Of a stretch of 64,000 nt of DNA, positions 13,338-23,934 are shown piece by piece. Under the pieces are notes generated by a model. That model did not search any database, was not told the origin of the DNA, and saw only the letters and a program-made list of their open reading frames with translations. Both the position numbers and the translations under genes were made by a program. Each line of letters begins with the position of its first letter. Within the stretch, counting starts at the first letter, position 1. Source of the DNA: Marsupella aquatica (taxonomy: Eukaryota; Plantae; Marchantiophyta); contig OZ316899.1 of assembly GCA_973895155.1 (NCBI GenBank), positions 1,077,573-1,141,572 of the forward strand, read 5' to 3'.

Positions 13338-13808
13338 ATGGCTGTCTTAATTCAAAATCATGTCAAACGTGCATGCTGGTTGTACAAGAAACTTGTGCAA
13401 TGTAAAGTTCTCCCCATTGGTGTAGGAGCGTTGTGGATGGGTGGTACTGATCTCGGAGATAGGCAGAATCCTCTCCGGATTGAGTTCTACGGAATGAATG
13501 GTGCAAGAGTTCCAATCCGTTCGAGGTTGATGTTAACGGCGTGTCTCCATTCTTTGGAGTTTTCTTGTAACTATTGTTGTCGTCGTCTTGACAACAAGTA
13601 CCATAAATTGGCATACTTATGTTGTCAAATTTGGAACGAGGACCCTTGGGTCAACCTTTCACGATGAGTGTTGCGACCTTCACATTGAGGCACGTTTTGT
13701 AAGGACACATTTAAGTAAACAAGTCCTACCCATGTGCAGCGAATACAATATGGTCCGAGTTTTTGCTTGACACTGGTGGGAAGTTATATTCGTACAGGAC
13801 TCGTCAAC
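13338..13808 (+). pseudogene. Possible decayed Cys-rich gene of unknown function, interrupted by the Gypsy insertion (may continue 27915-28195)
   Basis: 109-aa ORF with coding-like frame continuing past stops, and a Cys-rich ORF (CQCCTNACC) after the insertion. No recognised motif. Confidence 0.25.
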
Positions 13809-14166
13809 TGTGACGCTGCCGGTATGGCGGTTAATGAGTGATTCAGTCTAACTGCGCTCGGCACACGCGTTAGGTGGGTCTTAGGCCGCTATTATTAGCA
13901 TAACGACAGTATTTAGGTAATCATTAGGGGTAGGACATCATTAGGCAATAAGGGGGACTTCAGGTTCGGGCTGGCGGCGGGTCGCTATTCGCACACCCGG
14001 GTTACGAGCGTGGAGGGGCCCCTCCCTCGGGTCCGTATAACAAACTTAAGGAAGCGGCCACTGACGCACGCTGACTCAGACCGGCGGAGTGGCCGGTACA
14101 CCACAAGCGTGAGCGGTTCAACCTATGGGCGTCGAGGAGACGTCGGGGATCAACAAGCCCTCAAAG

Positions 14167-14173
14167 TATAAAA
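14167..14173 (+). promoter_or_regulatory. LTR TATA box (also 24260-24266)
   Basis: GTATAAAAGGGG, conserved in the family A' LTR at 9621. Confidence 0.65.
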
Positions 14174-14274
14174 GGGGAGCCAACCCTTTGTAGTGCACCA
14201 GTCCATCAGTCCGCGCGCCAGCTTCGACCCCAGCTCTCTCGTTCTCTCTAGGTCGCCACTACTATCTCCTTTGA

Positions 14275-16922
14275 ATGTCGCACACGATCCTCTCCAGCTC
14301 GGCCATTCGATTCTGGACGCAGTTCCTATCTACCGGAAGGCACTTGGCCGATTCATTGAAACACGCCAACCCGCGCCGATACGAGATCGAACGCGAATAC
14401 GAGAGAGCCATCCGCCTAGCAGGACGACACCACTACGTCCTTAACTTTGACTACCCATCTCAGAGCGAGCTTTACCGACCAGCTGAGGTATCTGGGTACT
14501 TCTTCAACGGAGACAAATATATCGGGTTCTGGGAAGCATTGCTTCGGCTTCCGGACGAGGTCTTCAATATCCCGGGTACAATCGACCTGCAGCGACATCA
14601 CTTCGACCACATCCCTGCCCAGGTTCGGGCTGTCATTAACGGCAAGTCCAGTACCAACCGTTCGACAAGGGCGTCCGCACTCGCTTCGGAGAACTTCTAC
14701 CAGCACCTGCAGAGCTTCATGGGAACTCGACCATCAACCAACATGACCAACCAGCCGGACCTGTACCCGTACCCGTACCCGTGCCCATGCAACCCCAGCC
14801 TCAACTTCAGCTTCAGCCTCAGCCGCAGCCTAGCCAAACCCCACCACCTATCACCCAGCCAGCACAGGTACGCTCCGTCATCAACGCTGTGGATCTTAGC
14901 GATGACGACGAGGCTACCCCACCCTTGACCAGGCGGCCCAGAGGAACAAGCGCGCGGAGGGCCGACACTATATCGTCCCCACCCCCTGCTCTGACCCCAG
15001 GAGCGGCCCCAGCAGACAACATAGTGACCGTGGCCGCCCCGGGCCCGTTACCAACCGCAGTGGCACTCCCCAGGCCCGATCGGGAGGATGGGGAAGTATC
15101 ACCTTCCCCGAGTCAGTCACGAGGAAAGAAGAGGAAGGAATCCGCCACTGCATCCGGGTTACCGTTGGCCACGGTAGCCGTAGCCAAGGTGACGATGCAT
15201 CGCATGGGGGAAAACGTTCATAGCAACATCCTCCATCCCAAGCATGCGGTGTACCTGAAGACTCAGGGATTTGAGCACCTCACCTCTCTCCCCTGGAACA
15301 CTTGCAGGTACTACGGGGAGGACATGACAGAATTCGTCAAGAATTATGACGACGTACGTCAACAGACTCGGCTGCGGGGAAGGAATATGTCCCTCACAGA
15401 AGAACGGCTCAAGATGATCTTCGGGTTACCCGAAGGTGACCATCGAGTCGAATCACGGGCTCCCGGGGGCAAGGGGGCCAAGTACCAATCTTCAAGTTTT
15501 CCCTCAGAGGGATCAGTAGACAACGGGTTCATGATGAGGACCTGCCTCATGCCCGAGATAGCTGAGCGGCTGGAGTTCCAGAGGTATGCTCTCCACATGA
15601 TGGAACCCCGGGGGGAGATCTCCGCCGCCCAGGTTATCCAGGTCGAGAACTATCGACCTAGGAAATGGGCGTCGTACTTCGCTAAGAAATTCCATGAAGA
15701 GATGGAGCGGCGAAGGAAGACGCTGTACATTGGCGGGAAGGCGTATTTCGCTAGCCATATCGAAATCATTCTTGAGTGGTACGCCCGGTTTGATCGACGA
15801 ACCCTTCCCCGCATCAACGTTACAAAGCTGGTCCCAGCTAGGTGGGTTTTTCCGGCATTGGAGAGACGGCCCCAACCCGAGGCCCGAAGTCCAGTGGACA
15901 CGCCAGCTTCACCCACCCCACCTCCACAAATAGCTGTAATCGTAACCGAGGAGGCGCCGGAGGGGTCGGTCGTCGCAACCGTTGATGCGACCCAACTAGC
16001 CGGGCTAAGTACAGAAGTTGGTACGGCAGAGGTCTTACCCGAACCCGGGTCTCCCAAGGACCCGCCGGTGGCAATTCCGGAGAACCGGACATTGCTGCAG
16101 GAGGACACTCCAGCCCCTTCCAACGTTATGTCCCCAGGGCTGGACGTCACTGCCCCGGCCCCTGCGCGTGTTGATGTCTGCCCGTGCCCAAATCCGGACA
16201 GGCACAACTTGGACCACCCGGAACTCTTCGTACAGGGTACGTTTCTGAACGGGCTTCTGGGAGATTTCTCTCATCAAATTGCCCAGGATACCGGGGAGTT
16301 CATGGCCCGGAAGGTAGCCTGTTTCTTCAATCAGGAGTTGGTTGCTGCCGTAAAGGCAGGTCGGGCCCAGTCGGAGGCCCTTCAGAGGATAGAGCGGTAC
16401 CGGGTGGAGTCCGTGTACCTAAAGAACGAAGTGGCGGCTCAAGAGGCTGAGCTTCTGCAACTACGACCCAAGGTTGCAGCCGCCGATGAGTTGTTAGCAA
16501 AGGCGTACGCTCTTACCGCCCTAGCCGAACAGGCCAAAGCTGGGAACGAGGCCGAGATTACACGACTCCGGAACCAGATTGACAATTTGAAGAAACAAGC
16601 TGTCACCTGGCAGAAAGACCTGGAGGAGGCCGAGGAGCGAGCCCAGCGGGACGCGACGGAGATAGCCACGCTGCAGGCCGAGATGGCGCGGCTCCAAACC
16701 GAGGCCGAGAAGCAGGACCAGCTGGCGAGTAAACTGACGAGCGACGCCCAGCAGCTGGAGGAGGCATGTCAGGAGGCAGCAGAGGAGACGGACGCGGCGA
16801 GGCGAGAGAACGAATCTCTGCTGGACCAGGTCCAGCTCCTCAAAGCGGACAATGACAGGCTTCGAAGGCAGCGGGATGGCCGTTCCCATTCGGGCGGCTC
16901 TGGCAAGCGTGCCAGGCATTAG
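14275..16922 (+). CDS. LTR-borne ORF, 5' LTR copy; consensus 882 aa, split here by one 1-nt deletion at ~14751
   Basis: ORFs 14275-14928 and 14781-16922 join if the T present at 24838 in the 3' LTR is restored. Has NLS-like RGKKRK and KRARH, a central ATHILA-ORF1-like domain and a C-terminal coiled coil. Confidence 0.85.
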
Positions 16923-17838
16923 CGGCGGAGTAGGAATAGATTAGGATTAGGATTGGCTTAGTCAGGCTCTTGGGACAGGCACCTGCCTTAGGTACAGCAG
17001 CGCTGCCCTGCTGTCTAGCCTGCGTAGATTAGGATCTTCTAATAAGACACAGCCGTTTTCCGGCCTGACTGTCAGCTTAGTTAGGACCTTAGTCAGCGAA
17101 TCTTCGGCGAGAGGACACCCCGTTCCTCGGCTCTTAGTATTTAGTGCACCCCTCGGTAGAGGCAAGGGGGGGGGGGGGGTTTTAGTTTCAGAGTCGAACA
17201 TCCGCGGGACATGCGGGGAGTCCCGACCTCTGGGAATGACAGAGTACCAAGGGGAGGGGGTAGGACTAAGCTCACCGGGCGAGTGCGGAGCCGGGCTCCG
17301 TTGTAGTGTGCACCCTCGGCCTTGAACCTGTGCATTCCAGGGCTGTCGTGTCAACTAAGTGTACGCATATGTTCCCTTTGTAGTAAAATCCTTTCCCATC
17401 ATTTTCCTTCGTGTAAATCGAGATTGTATGCATGTGTGCGCATATGTGTGTGGGCTTCTCGTATATGGGTGGCAGCGCCAGGCCGAACGCACTACCCGAG
17501 ACGTGCACAGGGTGCAGCCTGCGGGTAAGTGGTTGCAAGCACGGGTTGAGGACCTGTATCATCGAATCCGGATCGAAGGCGGACAGCACGAAGGCTTAGA
17601 AGCCCTTAAGCCGGGGTCGATCCTGCTATCGACTAAGGTACGTTCCGGCGGCGGAACACAAACCATACCTAGGAGGTGTCCGTATTTAGCAGTATGCGCA
17701 CTTAGCGCTAGTTTACGAGAATAAGGTGCATTACGTGCTTCCCTTCCTGCCCGAACCCTCAGATTTACGAGGGATGTGCCCGTCTAAGCTGAAGTCTGAG
17801 TTAAGGCCAAAGCCTACGACGTGACATAGCCTTTGTTT

Positions 17839-17856
17839 TGGCGCTAGATGGAGGGG
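17839..17856 (+). other. Primer binding site, tRNA-Asn(GUU) type
   Basis: TGGCGCTAGATGGAGGGG versus TGGCGCTAGAAGGAGGGG expected from the angiosperm tRNA-Asn 3' end as I recall it (17/18). Lies 12 nt after the LTR end. Confidence 0.75.
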
Positions 17857-17949
17857 GCACTCTACATATCGTAGAGGGGAGACATGTGCGTATTCACCTA
17901 GGCAGGATACATCAGGACGTAGTACTAACCATTGCATTTATATGAGTAA

Positions 17950-20900
17950 ATGCCCGTCACTCGTTCTCAAGCAGCTTACTTGAGGAGATTGACCAGCGAA
18001 CGAGAAAGTGCAACCACAACAAGCTCCGACTCGTCGGGCTCGGAGGACTCGCAATCGTCCCGACGTATGAACATACCCCCGGGATCTTCGGGGTCCGGTT
18101 CGACCGGCCCTGCTGCGGTTCCACCACCACCACCACCTATGGCAGCCGCTCCACCGGTGGCCCGCGCTGCTCAGGCGCCTCCACAAATATCGCAACGATT
18201 GCGATTTCATTATCGACCTTTCAAAGGGCGTCATGGGGATGATCCGGATGAATGGTTGGATGAGTTTGAAGCCACTGCTAAAGCTAATGGGGAAGACGCC
18301 ATTAAGCTAACCGTCCTCCCGGGAGTGATGCGGGGAGAAGCTCGTCCATGGTACAACTCGTTACCACCCGGGACTACCTGGGCACAATTCCAAGCTGCAT
18401 TGCTGCAGGAGTTTCGTGCCATTGGATCAGAACAACATTCTCTATTAAAGATTGGCCAGCTTCGCATGGGAAAAAAAGAGTCCCTGCGGAAATTCATTCA
18501 GAAGTTTCAGAAACTTGCGGCCAAGATCCGGCCCAGGCCAGGAGACACGCTCCAGCTTACATGGTTCCTTCATGATTTGCCCACGAATATGCAATTCTGG
18601 GTACGCCAGAATAATCCAATTTCAATGCAGGCGGCCATAGCGTGCGCCGAAACTTACCGGGAGTCCACCTATAACTCCCGGCGGAGCCAGCGAGCACGCC
18701 GCAGGAAGGGTAAGTACGAAACCTTCAGTGACAGTGACTCCAAATCGGACGACGAGAGGAAGAAGAAACGCAAGAAGAAGAAGAAACATTGTTCGACCTC
18801 GTCCAGCTCCGAGACGGAATCCAGTTCGGATTCAGCTTCAAGCATCGGATCCTCTACCTCCAGTTCATCAGGAAGTGACTTGGAGAGCGAAAGCCGGAGC
18901 AAAAAGAAGAAGAGACGAGTGAAGGAGGGGAAGATTAAACCCCGGGCGCGAAGAACGATACCAGATCCAAAGGCTGCCGAAGCAGACAAGCTGAACGAAA
19001 TCACGGATCGACTCAAAGCACTGTCAGTACATCTTGCAGAAAAGCCGGTGGAGAAGAAGAAGCCATTTGAGATTCGAACCCATGCGTGGTGTTCAAAGTG
19101 CTTCCAATCCGGCCATGTGGTGCAGGAATGCCCAAGGTGGAAGAACCGAGTTCACCAAGTAGAGCTGGATGATGTTGACAACCCGGGCCCCAAATCGGAG
19201 TCCACGGAGTATTTCTTTGAGGACCCTCCTGATTCCGTGTACCAGATTTCAACGGTAGGTCCGCGTAATTTAGCGGGTAGAACTGCGTACCCCTACCCAA
19301 GTAATGGCCAGAGTTTCCAGGTTATCAGTAACCCGAGCATCCCTCCTAAGCCAGGGATTTGGCGGTCCCCGGTTTGTTACAACTGTGAAAAGCCAGGACA
19401 CTTTGCGAGGGAATGCACCGAACCAAGACGTCAGGGAGATGGCCGAGGCACCCCACTATGTCAAGTTTGCAAAACGGAGGCTCATTCCACGGCCAACTGC
19501 CCGTTGGTAATCGTTGCTCGAACGAGTGCGGCTAGACCGGCCCAGGCTGGACCAGTCACGAGCGATGCAGTCGTCCAAATGATTGCTGTAGAATGGCAAG
19601 ATGACAACACCGAGTGGGTGAATCTGGTGGACGTGGCGGAACACCCTAATCCATTGGATGAGGCCGAGTGCTACCGAGTGTCGACAAGGGCCGAACGGAA
19701 GGAAGAAAAGACGGAGGAGAAACGGAGGAAAAAGCAAGATACTACTCCGGTGCAGCCAGCGATAAATATACCCCCAAAAAAGGACGATGACTACCAAAGG
19801 GACGACCCGAAGCTGTTTTTCCCCCGCATCGAAGAATTGGTAAAGAAACAGCTGGAGGCTTACGAAGCTCGGGAATACCAGAAGGCAATCGATAAGGACA
19901 TCAAAGCAGCCGAGACAGCCCGGCGTCAGGAGCAAGAAAAGCAAGATAAACAAGAGGAAGCCAAGCAGCAGCCAACGAAAGAAACAAAGGAGGACTATGA
20001 TATTAAGGAGGACGTGAAGAGTTGCCCGGTTACAGCGACGGTGGGGCAACTGCTGCAAAACAACCCACAGTACAGACGACAACTGAGGGAGTTGCTCATG
20101 GGTCGCCGAAGGAGGAGACTACCCCGAGTTGGGAGTGCGGACTGCAACATGATATGCGAGGACCTTGGAGCGCCGGACATCTCGATCGAAATTAATAACT
20201 GTACCATCAAGATGGTTCTTGTAGACGGAGGAGCGGGAGTCAACATCATGACTGAAGAAACGTCAGTCAAGTTAGGATACCTCACGTATCAACCCACGGC
20301 CCGAGCTATCAGATTAGCAAACGGGGCAAGGGTCCTCCCATTAGGCACGCTCACACGAGTGCTCACTCTGGTGGGAGGGGTAGAGTTCTATCTCAACTTC
20401 TTAGTCATGAGGCCGGTTCGTCCCTCCTCTTATCCGGTTCTTCTGGGCAGGCCGTGGTTGTACGGTGGCCGCGTAGTCACGGATTGGGGAAAAAAGGAGC
20501 TACGGTTCGGGGAACCCACCGTACGGGTATCCTGGGCAATGGACGATTATCAGGGAGAAACCCCACAAGGACCCGAGGAATATGATTCGGAGACCTCGGA
20601 GGAAGAGGAACTCAATATGATCGAACTCATCTCGTCCCTATCCGAGGAAGATGTCTTCGGAGTTGAAGCAACCCGAGAAACACATCTCCTAAATTACCCG
20701 AGGGCTGCCATTGAGTCCACCCCAAGTACATCTACTGTCGGGGATGAGGAAACGCACGAACAACTCGTCGAGACGGAGGACACGGCTCCAGCTAAGCAGG
20801 GAGCCGAGCCTACTCCTTCCATTTCAGAGCCTCGTAACCATGAACCAGCCCAACAACCGCCTGAGGCCGAAAACTCGAGACCGAGACATAAAAAGCGAGT

Positions 20901-23900
20901 CTCATGGGATCCGTCCATTCCGCAATTGGAGGAAGTAAACCCCATCCCGAGACCAATCCCGGTCCCACCCATGTACGGAGGGGTTCGGTTAGTTGAGCTT
21001 GACGCGAGCCTGGACCCAAGTCTGCGAAACCAGGTTGAAGTCATCAGGAAGGAGCACTACCGGAAGTACACTATTGGGATGGATAAATCTTTTAACCTGG
21101 GCCACGCTCTGACGGGGAAGGCTGAAAAATCCATCCAAGCTTTGCTCAAGGAATATGAAGATGTGTTTGCATGGAGTCATCATGATTTAACAGGCGTCTC
21201 CCCCGAGTTGGGAGAACACACAATCGATCTGAACCTAGGAGCCCATGCGGTACGACAGCGACAACGTCGCATGAATCCGAGGTACTCCATCTTAGTGAAG
21301 GAGGAAATTGATCGTCTCCTCGCCGCCGATATCATTTACCCGGTAATGGCCAGCGACTGGGTCTCTCCCATTGTCATTGTACCAAAGAAGGGAGGTACGG
21401 ATGGAAAACCTAAGATTCGTATCTGTCAGGACTACCGTAAGCTGAATGACGCAACCCGAAAAGACCATTACCCATTACCATTCACGGATATGGTTCTAGA
21501 TATGGTGGCCCGAAATGAAATCTATACATTTCTTGACGGGTATTCAGGTTATAACCAAATCTGGATTCGTCTCACGGATCAGCTCAAAACAACTTTCACT
21601 ACGGAGTGGGGAACGTTCGCATTTCGGAGGATGCCTTTTGGTCTGTGTAACGCCCCGGCTATGTTTCAGCGCCTTATGATGAATATCTTCCATGATTTCC
21701 TACGGGAATTTTTGGAGATATTTATCGATGACTTTGCCATCTTCGGAACCGTTGCCATGCACCCCGAACACCTACGACGAACGTTGCAACGATGCCGAGA
21801 TGTTAACCTCAAACTACATCCCGCCAAATGCTTCTTCGGGGTAGAGGAGGGGGTGTTACTCGGGCATCGTATGTCCAAACGGGGCATTGAGGTGGACCAA
21901 GAGAAAGTTGCGGCCTGGATGGCGGTGGTGTTCCCCTTGGATCAAAAAGCAGTACAATCCTTCTTGGGCTGCGTAGGGTATTACCGCCGGTTCATTAAAG
22001 ACTTTGCTAAAATTGCGTTGCCCTTAACTGAGATGATGAAGAAGGACGCAGCGGTCGAGGAGACACCCCGGAGACGGATTGCTTTTGAGGAACTCCGTAA
22101 ACGACTCACCACCGCGCCTATCATGGTCACCCCAGACTGGAATAAGGAGTTCCACGTGTATGTCGATGTGTCAGGGTTCTGTATCGGATCCGTACTTAGT
22201 CAGCTAGATGAGGATGGACGTGATCACCCCATCTATTTCGCTAGCCGTCAACTATTTGCAGCCAAAAAGAATTATTCCCCCACTGATCGAGAAGCTTTGG
22301 GAATAATCTACTCGTGTAAAAAGTTCCGACACTATCTGCTAGGCTACAAGGTCATTTTCCACACGGATCATGATAGCCTAAAGTACATGGTCAACAAAGC
22401 GGATGTGACAGGACGGATAGCCCGGTGGGTGCTACTTCTCCAGGAATTTAATTACGAAGTTCGGGTTCGGCCAGGAAGGGTACACCTCAATGCCGATTTC
22501 TTTTCACGACTGGACGGCGTACCAGTCGATCAGCCAATTGATGATATTTTTCCGGATGAGGAGTTGTTCCACGTGGGGGAAGGGACACCAACGTGGTACG
22601 GCTCAATAATCACCTTCCTTTTAATGGGCCGCATCCCTGACGGCATCAATCAGGAGGCCGCCGCTGTGTTTTTACGGAAAGCCGGGCCTTACGTCATGAT
22701 ACAGGGTCACCTACATAAGGAAGGTATTAACGGAAAGTTACGACGCTGCTTAGAGTATAAGGAGACACTTATCGTGATACGGGCCCTGCATGAAGAAGAA
22801 GCTGGAGGCCATTTCGCGGCAGTTACGACAGCCCGAAAGATTCTGGACTCGGGGTATTGGTGGCCTACGTTGCATCGGGATGTACAGCGCTTCATTAAGG
22901 GCTGTGACTTGTGTCAGCGAGCGGGGGCCCCGAGGTGGGCTCATCATCACCCGCTCACATCTGTGCTTCCATTGGCACCATTCGAAAAATGGGGAATTGA
23001 TTATATCGGACCGTTCACTCCCGTTACCCGAAGGCGAAGGTGCAGGTACATCCTATTAGCTATTGATTACTCCACCAAATGGGTCGAAGCGCGGGCTACG
23101 GTAAAGGACGACGCCGCAACCAGTGCCAGATTCTTATACGAACAGATTTTCACCCGATTCGGACCGCCCTTAGAATTGGTAAGCGACCGTGGAACCCACT
23201 TCCTCAATGACACCGTAGCCCAGCTTACGGAGCGTTACCTAGTCAAGCACCGCAAGACTACCCCATATCATCCTAAAGCCAACGGGATGGCGGAGAGAGC
23301 AAATGGTATCATTGGGAAGATCCTCAACAAAACTATAGCTGCGCACAAAACGGATTGGGATGATAAGTTGTACGCGGCGGTGTACTCGTATAATCTAGCT
23401 TACAAAACTACTACGAGTCACAGCCCGTACTTTCTGGTGTTCGGCCAACATTCGTTGGTGCCCGTCGAATTTGAAGTGCACACTCCACGGGTCAGCATTC
23501 GGGATCGCTTACCTGAATCTGAAAGTCTGTCAGACCGAGCTTATCAGATTGAAGCCTTGGAAGAAGCACGACTACTGGCAGCTCGACACACCGTGAAGAA
23601 ACAGGCAACTTCGAAGAAGCAGCACGACAAAGGACTACGGAGGGTCGACGTCGTGGCAGGCGATCTAGTCCTTCTGTACGATAGTAGGTACATGCAGTTT
23701 CCAGGGAAGCTGCATACCCGGTGGTTGGGGCCCTTCCTTGTCAATCAGATCTACCGAAACGGATCTTTGGAGCTTGCGACGTATGCCGGCGATTTACTCC
23801 CCACGCGAATCAGCTACGATCGTGTAAAAAAGTACCACCATCAAGATGACGACGCCGATAGCGATGTTTGCGAGGACGCTTCACAATTAAGCAGGGAGCT

Positions 23901-23934
23901 ATGTGACGCCGCCGGTACGGCGGTTAATGAGTGA
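17950..23934 (+). CDS. gag-pol: Gag-Pol polyprotein, 1994 aa, single frame
   Basis: Gag (FKGRHGDDPDEWLDEFE), three CCHC knuckles, protease LVDGGAGVN, RT FIDDF, RNase H, integrase HHCC plus WGIDYIG/SDRG/AER, WLGPF motif. No chromodomain and no extra archaeal-type RNase H. The stop lies 33 nt inside the 3' LTR. Confidence 0.97.
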   Translation: MPVTRSQAAYLRRLTSERESATTTSSDSSGSEDSQSSRRMNIPPGSSGSGSTGPAAVPPPPPPMAAAPPVARAAQAPPQISQRLRFHYRPFKGRHGDDPDEWLDEFEATAKANGEDAIKLTVLPGVMRGEARPWYNSLPPGTTWAQFQAALLQEFRAIGSEQHSLLKIGQLRMGKKESLRKFIQKFQKLAAKIRPRPGDTLQLTWFLHDLPTNMQFWVRQNNPISMQAAIACAETYRESTYNSRRSQRARRRKGKYETFSDSDSKSDDERKKKRKKKKKHCSTSSSSETESSSDSASSIGSSTSSSSGSDLESESRSKKKKRRVKEGKIKPRARRTIPDPKAAEADKLNEITDRLKALSVHLAEKPVEKKKPFEIRTHAWCSKCFQSGHVVQECPRWKNRVHQVELDDVDNPGPKSESTEYFFEDPPDSVYQISTVGPRNLAGRTAYPYPSNGQSFQVISNPSIPPKPGIWRSPVCYNCEKPGHFARECTEPRRQGDGRGTPLCQVCKTEAHSTANCPLVIVARTSAARPAQAGPVTSDAVVQMIAVEWQDDNTEWVNLVDVAEHPNPLDEAECYRVSTRAERKEEKTEEKRRKKQDTTPVQPAINIPPKKDDDYQRDDPKLFFPRIEELVKKQLEAYEAREYQKAIDKDIKAAETARRQEQEKQDKQEEAKQQPTKETKEDYDIKEDVKSCPVTATVGQLLQNNPQYRRQLRELLMGRRRRRLPRVGSADCNMICEDLGAPDISIEINNCTIKMVLVDGGAGVNIMTEETSVKLGYLTYQPTARAIRLANGARVLPLGTLTRVLTLVGGVEFYLNFLVMRPVRPSSYPVLLGRPWLYGGRVVTDWGKKELRFGEPTVRVSWAMDDYQGETPQGPEEYDSETSEEEELNMIELISSLSEEDVFGVEATRETHLLNYPRAAIESTPSTSTVGDEETHEQLVETEDTAPAKQGAEPTPSISEPRNHEPAQQPPEAENSRPRHKKRVSWDPSIPQLEEVNPIPRPIPVPPMYGGVRLVELDASLDPSLRNQVEVIRKEHYRKYTIGMDKSFNLGHALTGKAEKSIQALLKEYEDVFAWSHHDLTGVSPELGEHTIDLNLGAHAVRQRQRRMNPRYSILVKEEIDRLLAADIIYPVMASDWVSPIVIVPKKGGTDGKPKIRICQDYRKLNDATRKDHYPLPFTDMVLDMVARNEIYTFLDGYSGYNQIWIRLTDQLKTTFTTEWGTFAFRRMPFGLCNAPAMFQRLMMNIFHDFLREFLEIFIDDFAIFGTVAMHPEHLRRTLQRCRDVNLKLHPAKCFFGVEEGVLLGHRMSKRGIEVDQEKVAAWMAVVFPLDQKAVQSFLGCVGYYRRFIKDFAKIALPLTEMMKKDAAVEETPRRRIAFEELRKRLTTAPIMVTPDWNKEFHVYVDVSGFCIGSVLSQLDEDGRDHPIYFASRQLFAAKKNYSPTDREALGIIYSCKKFRHYLLGYKVIFHTDHDSLKYMVNKADVTGRIARWVLLLQEFNYEVRVRPGRVHLNADFFSRLDGVPVDQPIDDIFPDEELFHVGEGTPTWYGSIITFLLMGRIPDGINQEAAAVFLRKAGPYVMIQGHLHKEGINGKLRRCLEYKETLIVIRALHEEEAGGHFAAVTTARKILDSGYWWPTLHRDVQRFIKGCDLCQRAGAPRWAHHHPLTSVLPLAPFEKWGIDYIGPFTPVTRRRRCRYILLAIDYSTKWVEARATVKDDAATSARFLYEQIFTRFGPPLELVSDRGTHFLNDTVAQLTERYLVKHRKTTPYHPKANGMAERANGIIGKILNKTIAAHKTDWDDKLYAAVYSYNLAYKTTTSHSPYFLVFGQHSLVPVEFEVHTPRVSIRDRLPESESLSDRAYQIEALEEARLLAARHTVKKQATSKKQHDKGLRRVDVVAGDLVLLYDSRYMQFPGKLHTRWLGPFLVNQIYRNGSLELATYAGDLLPTRISYDRVKKYHHQDDDADSDVCEDASQLSRELCDAAGTAVNE
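23889..23898 (+). other. Polypurine tract
   Basis: AAGCAGGGAG 3 nt before the 3' LTR TG; same sequence at 9250-9259. Confidence 0.7.

Larger units (their letters stand above)
13809..17826 (+). repeat. 5' LTR (4018 bp) containing a long ORF
   Basis: Direct repeat of 23902-27909, ~99% identical by eye (roughly 30-40 substitutions plus small indels). Confidence 0.96.

Noticed and set aside
14781-16922. LTR ORF as an envelope (env-like) gene
   Set aside because: No signal peptide or transmembrane stretch; it has basic NLS-like motifs and a coiled coil instead.
17166-17180. G14 run (G10 in the 3' LTR) as a functional G-quadruplex
   Set aside because: It is shortened to G5 in the family A' LTRs, so it looks like an unstable homopolymer rather than a conserved element.
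22500-23934. Chromodomain or additional archaeal-type RNase H in pol
   Set aside because: No such motifs between RNase H and integrase or after the GPF motif, so the element is not a chromovirus or an aRH-bearing Tat/Ogre.
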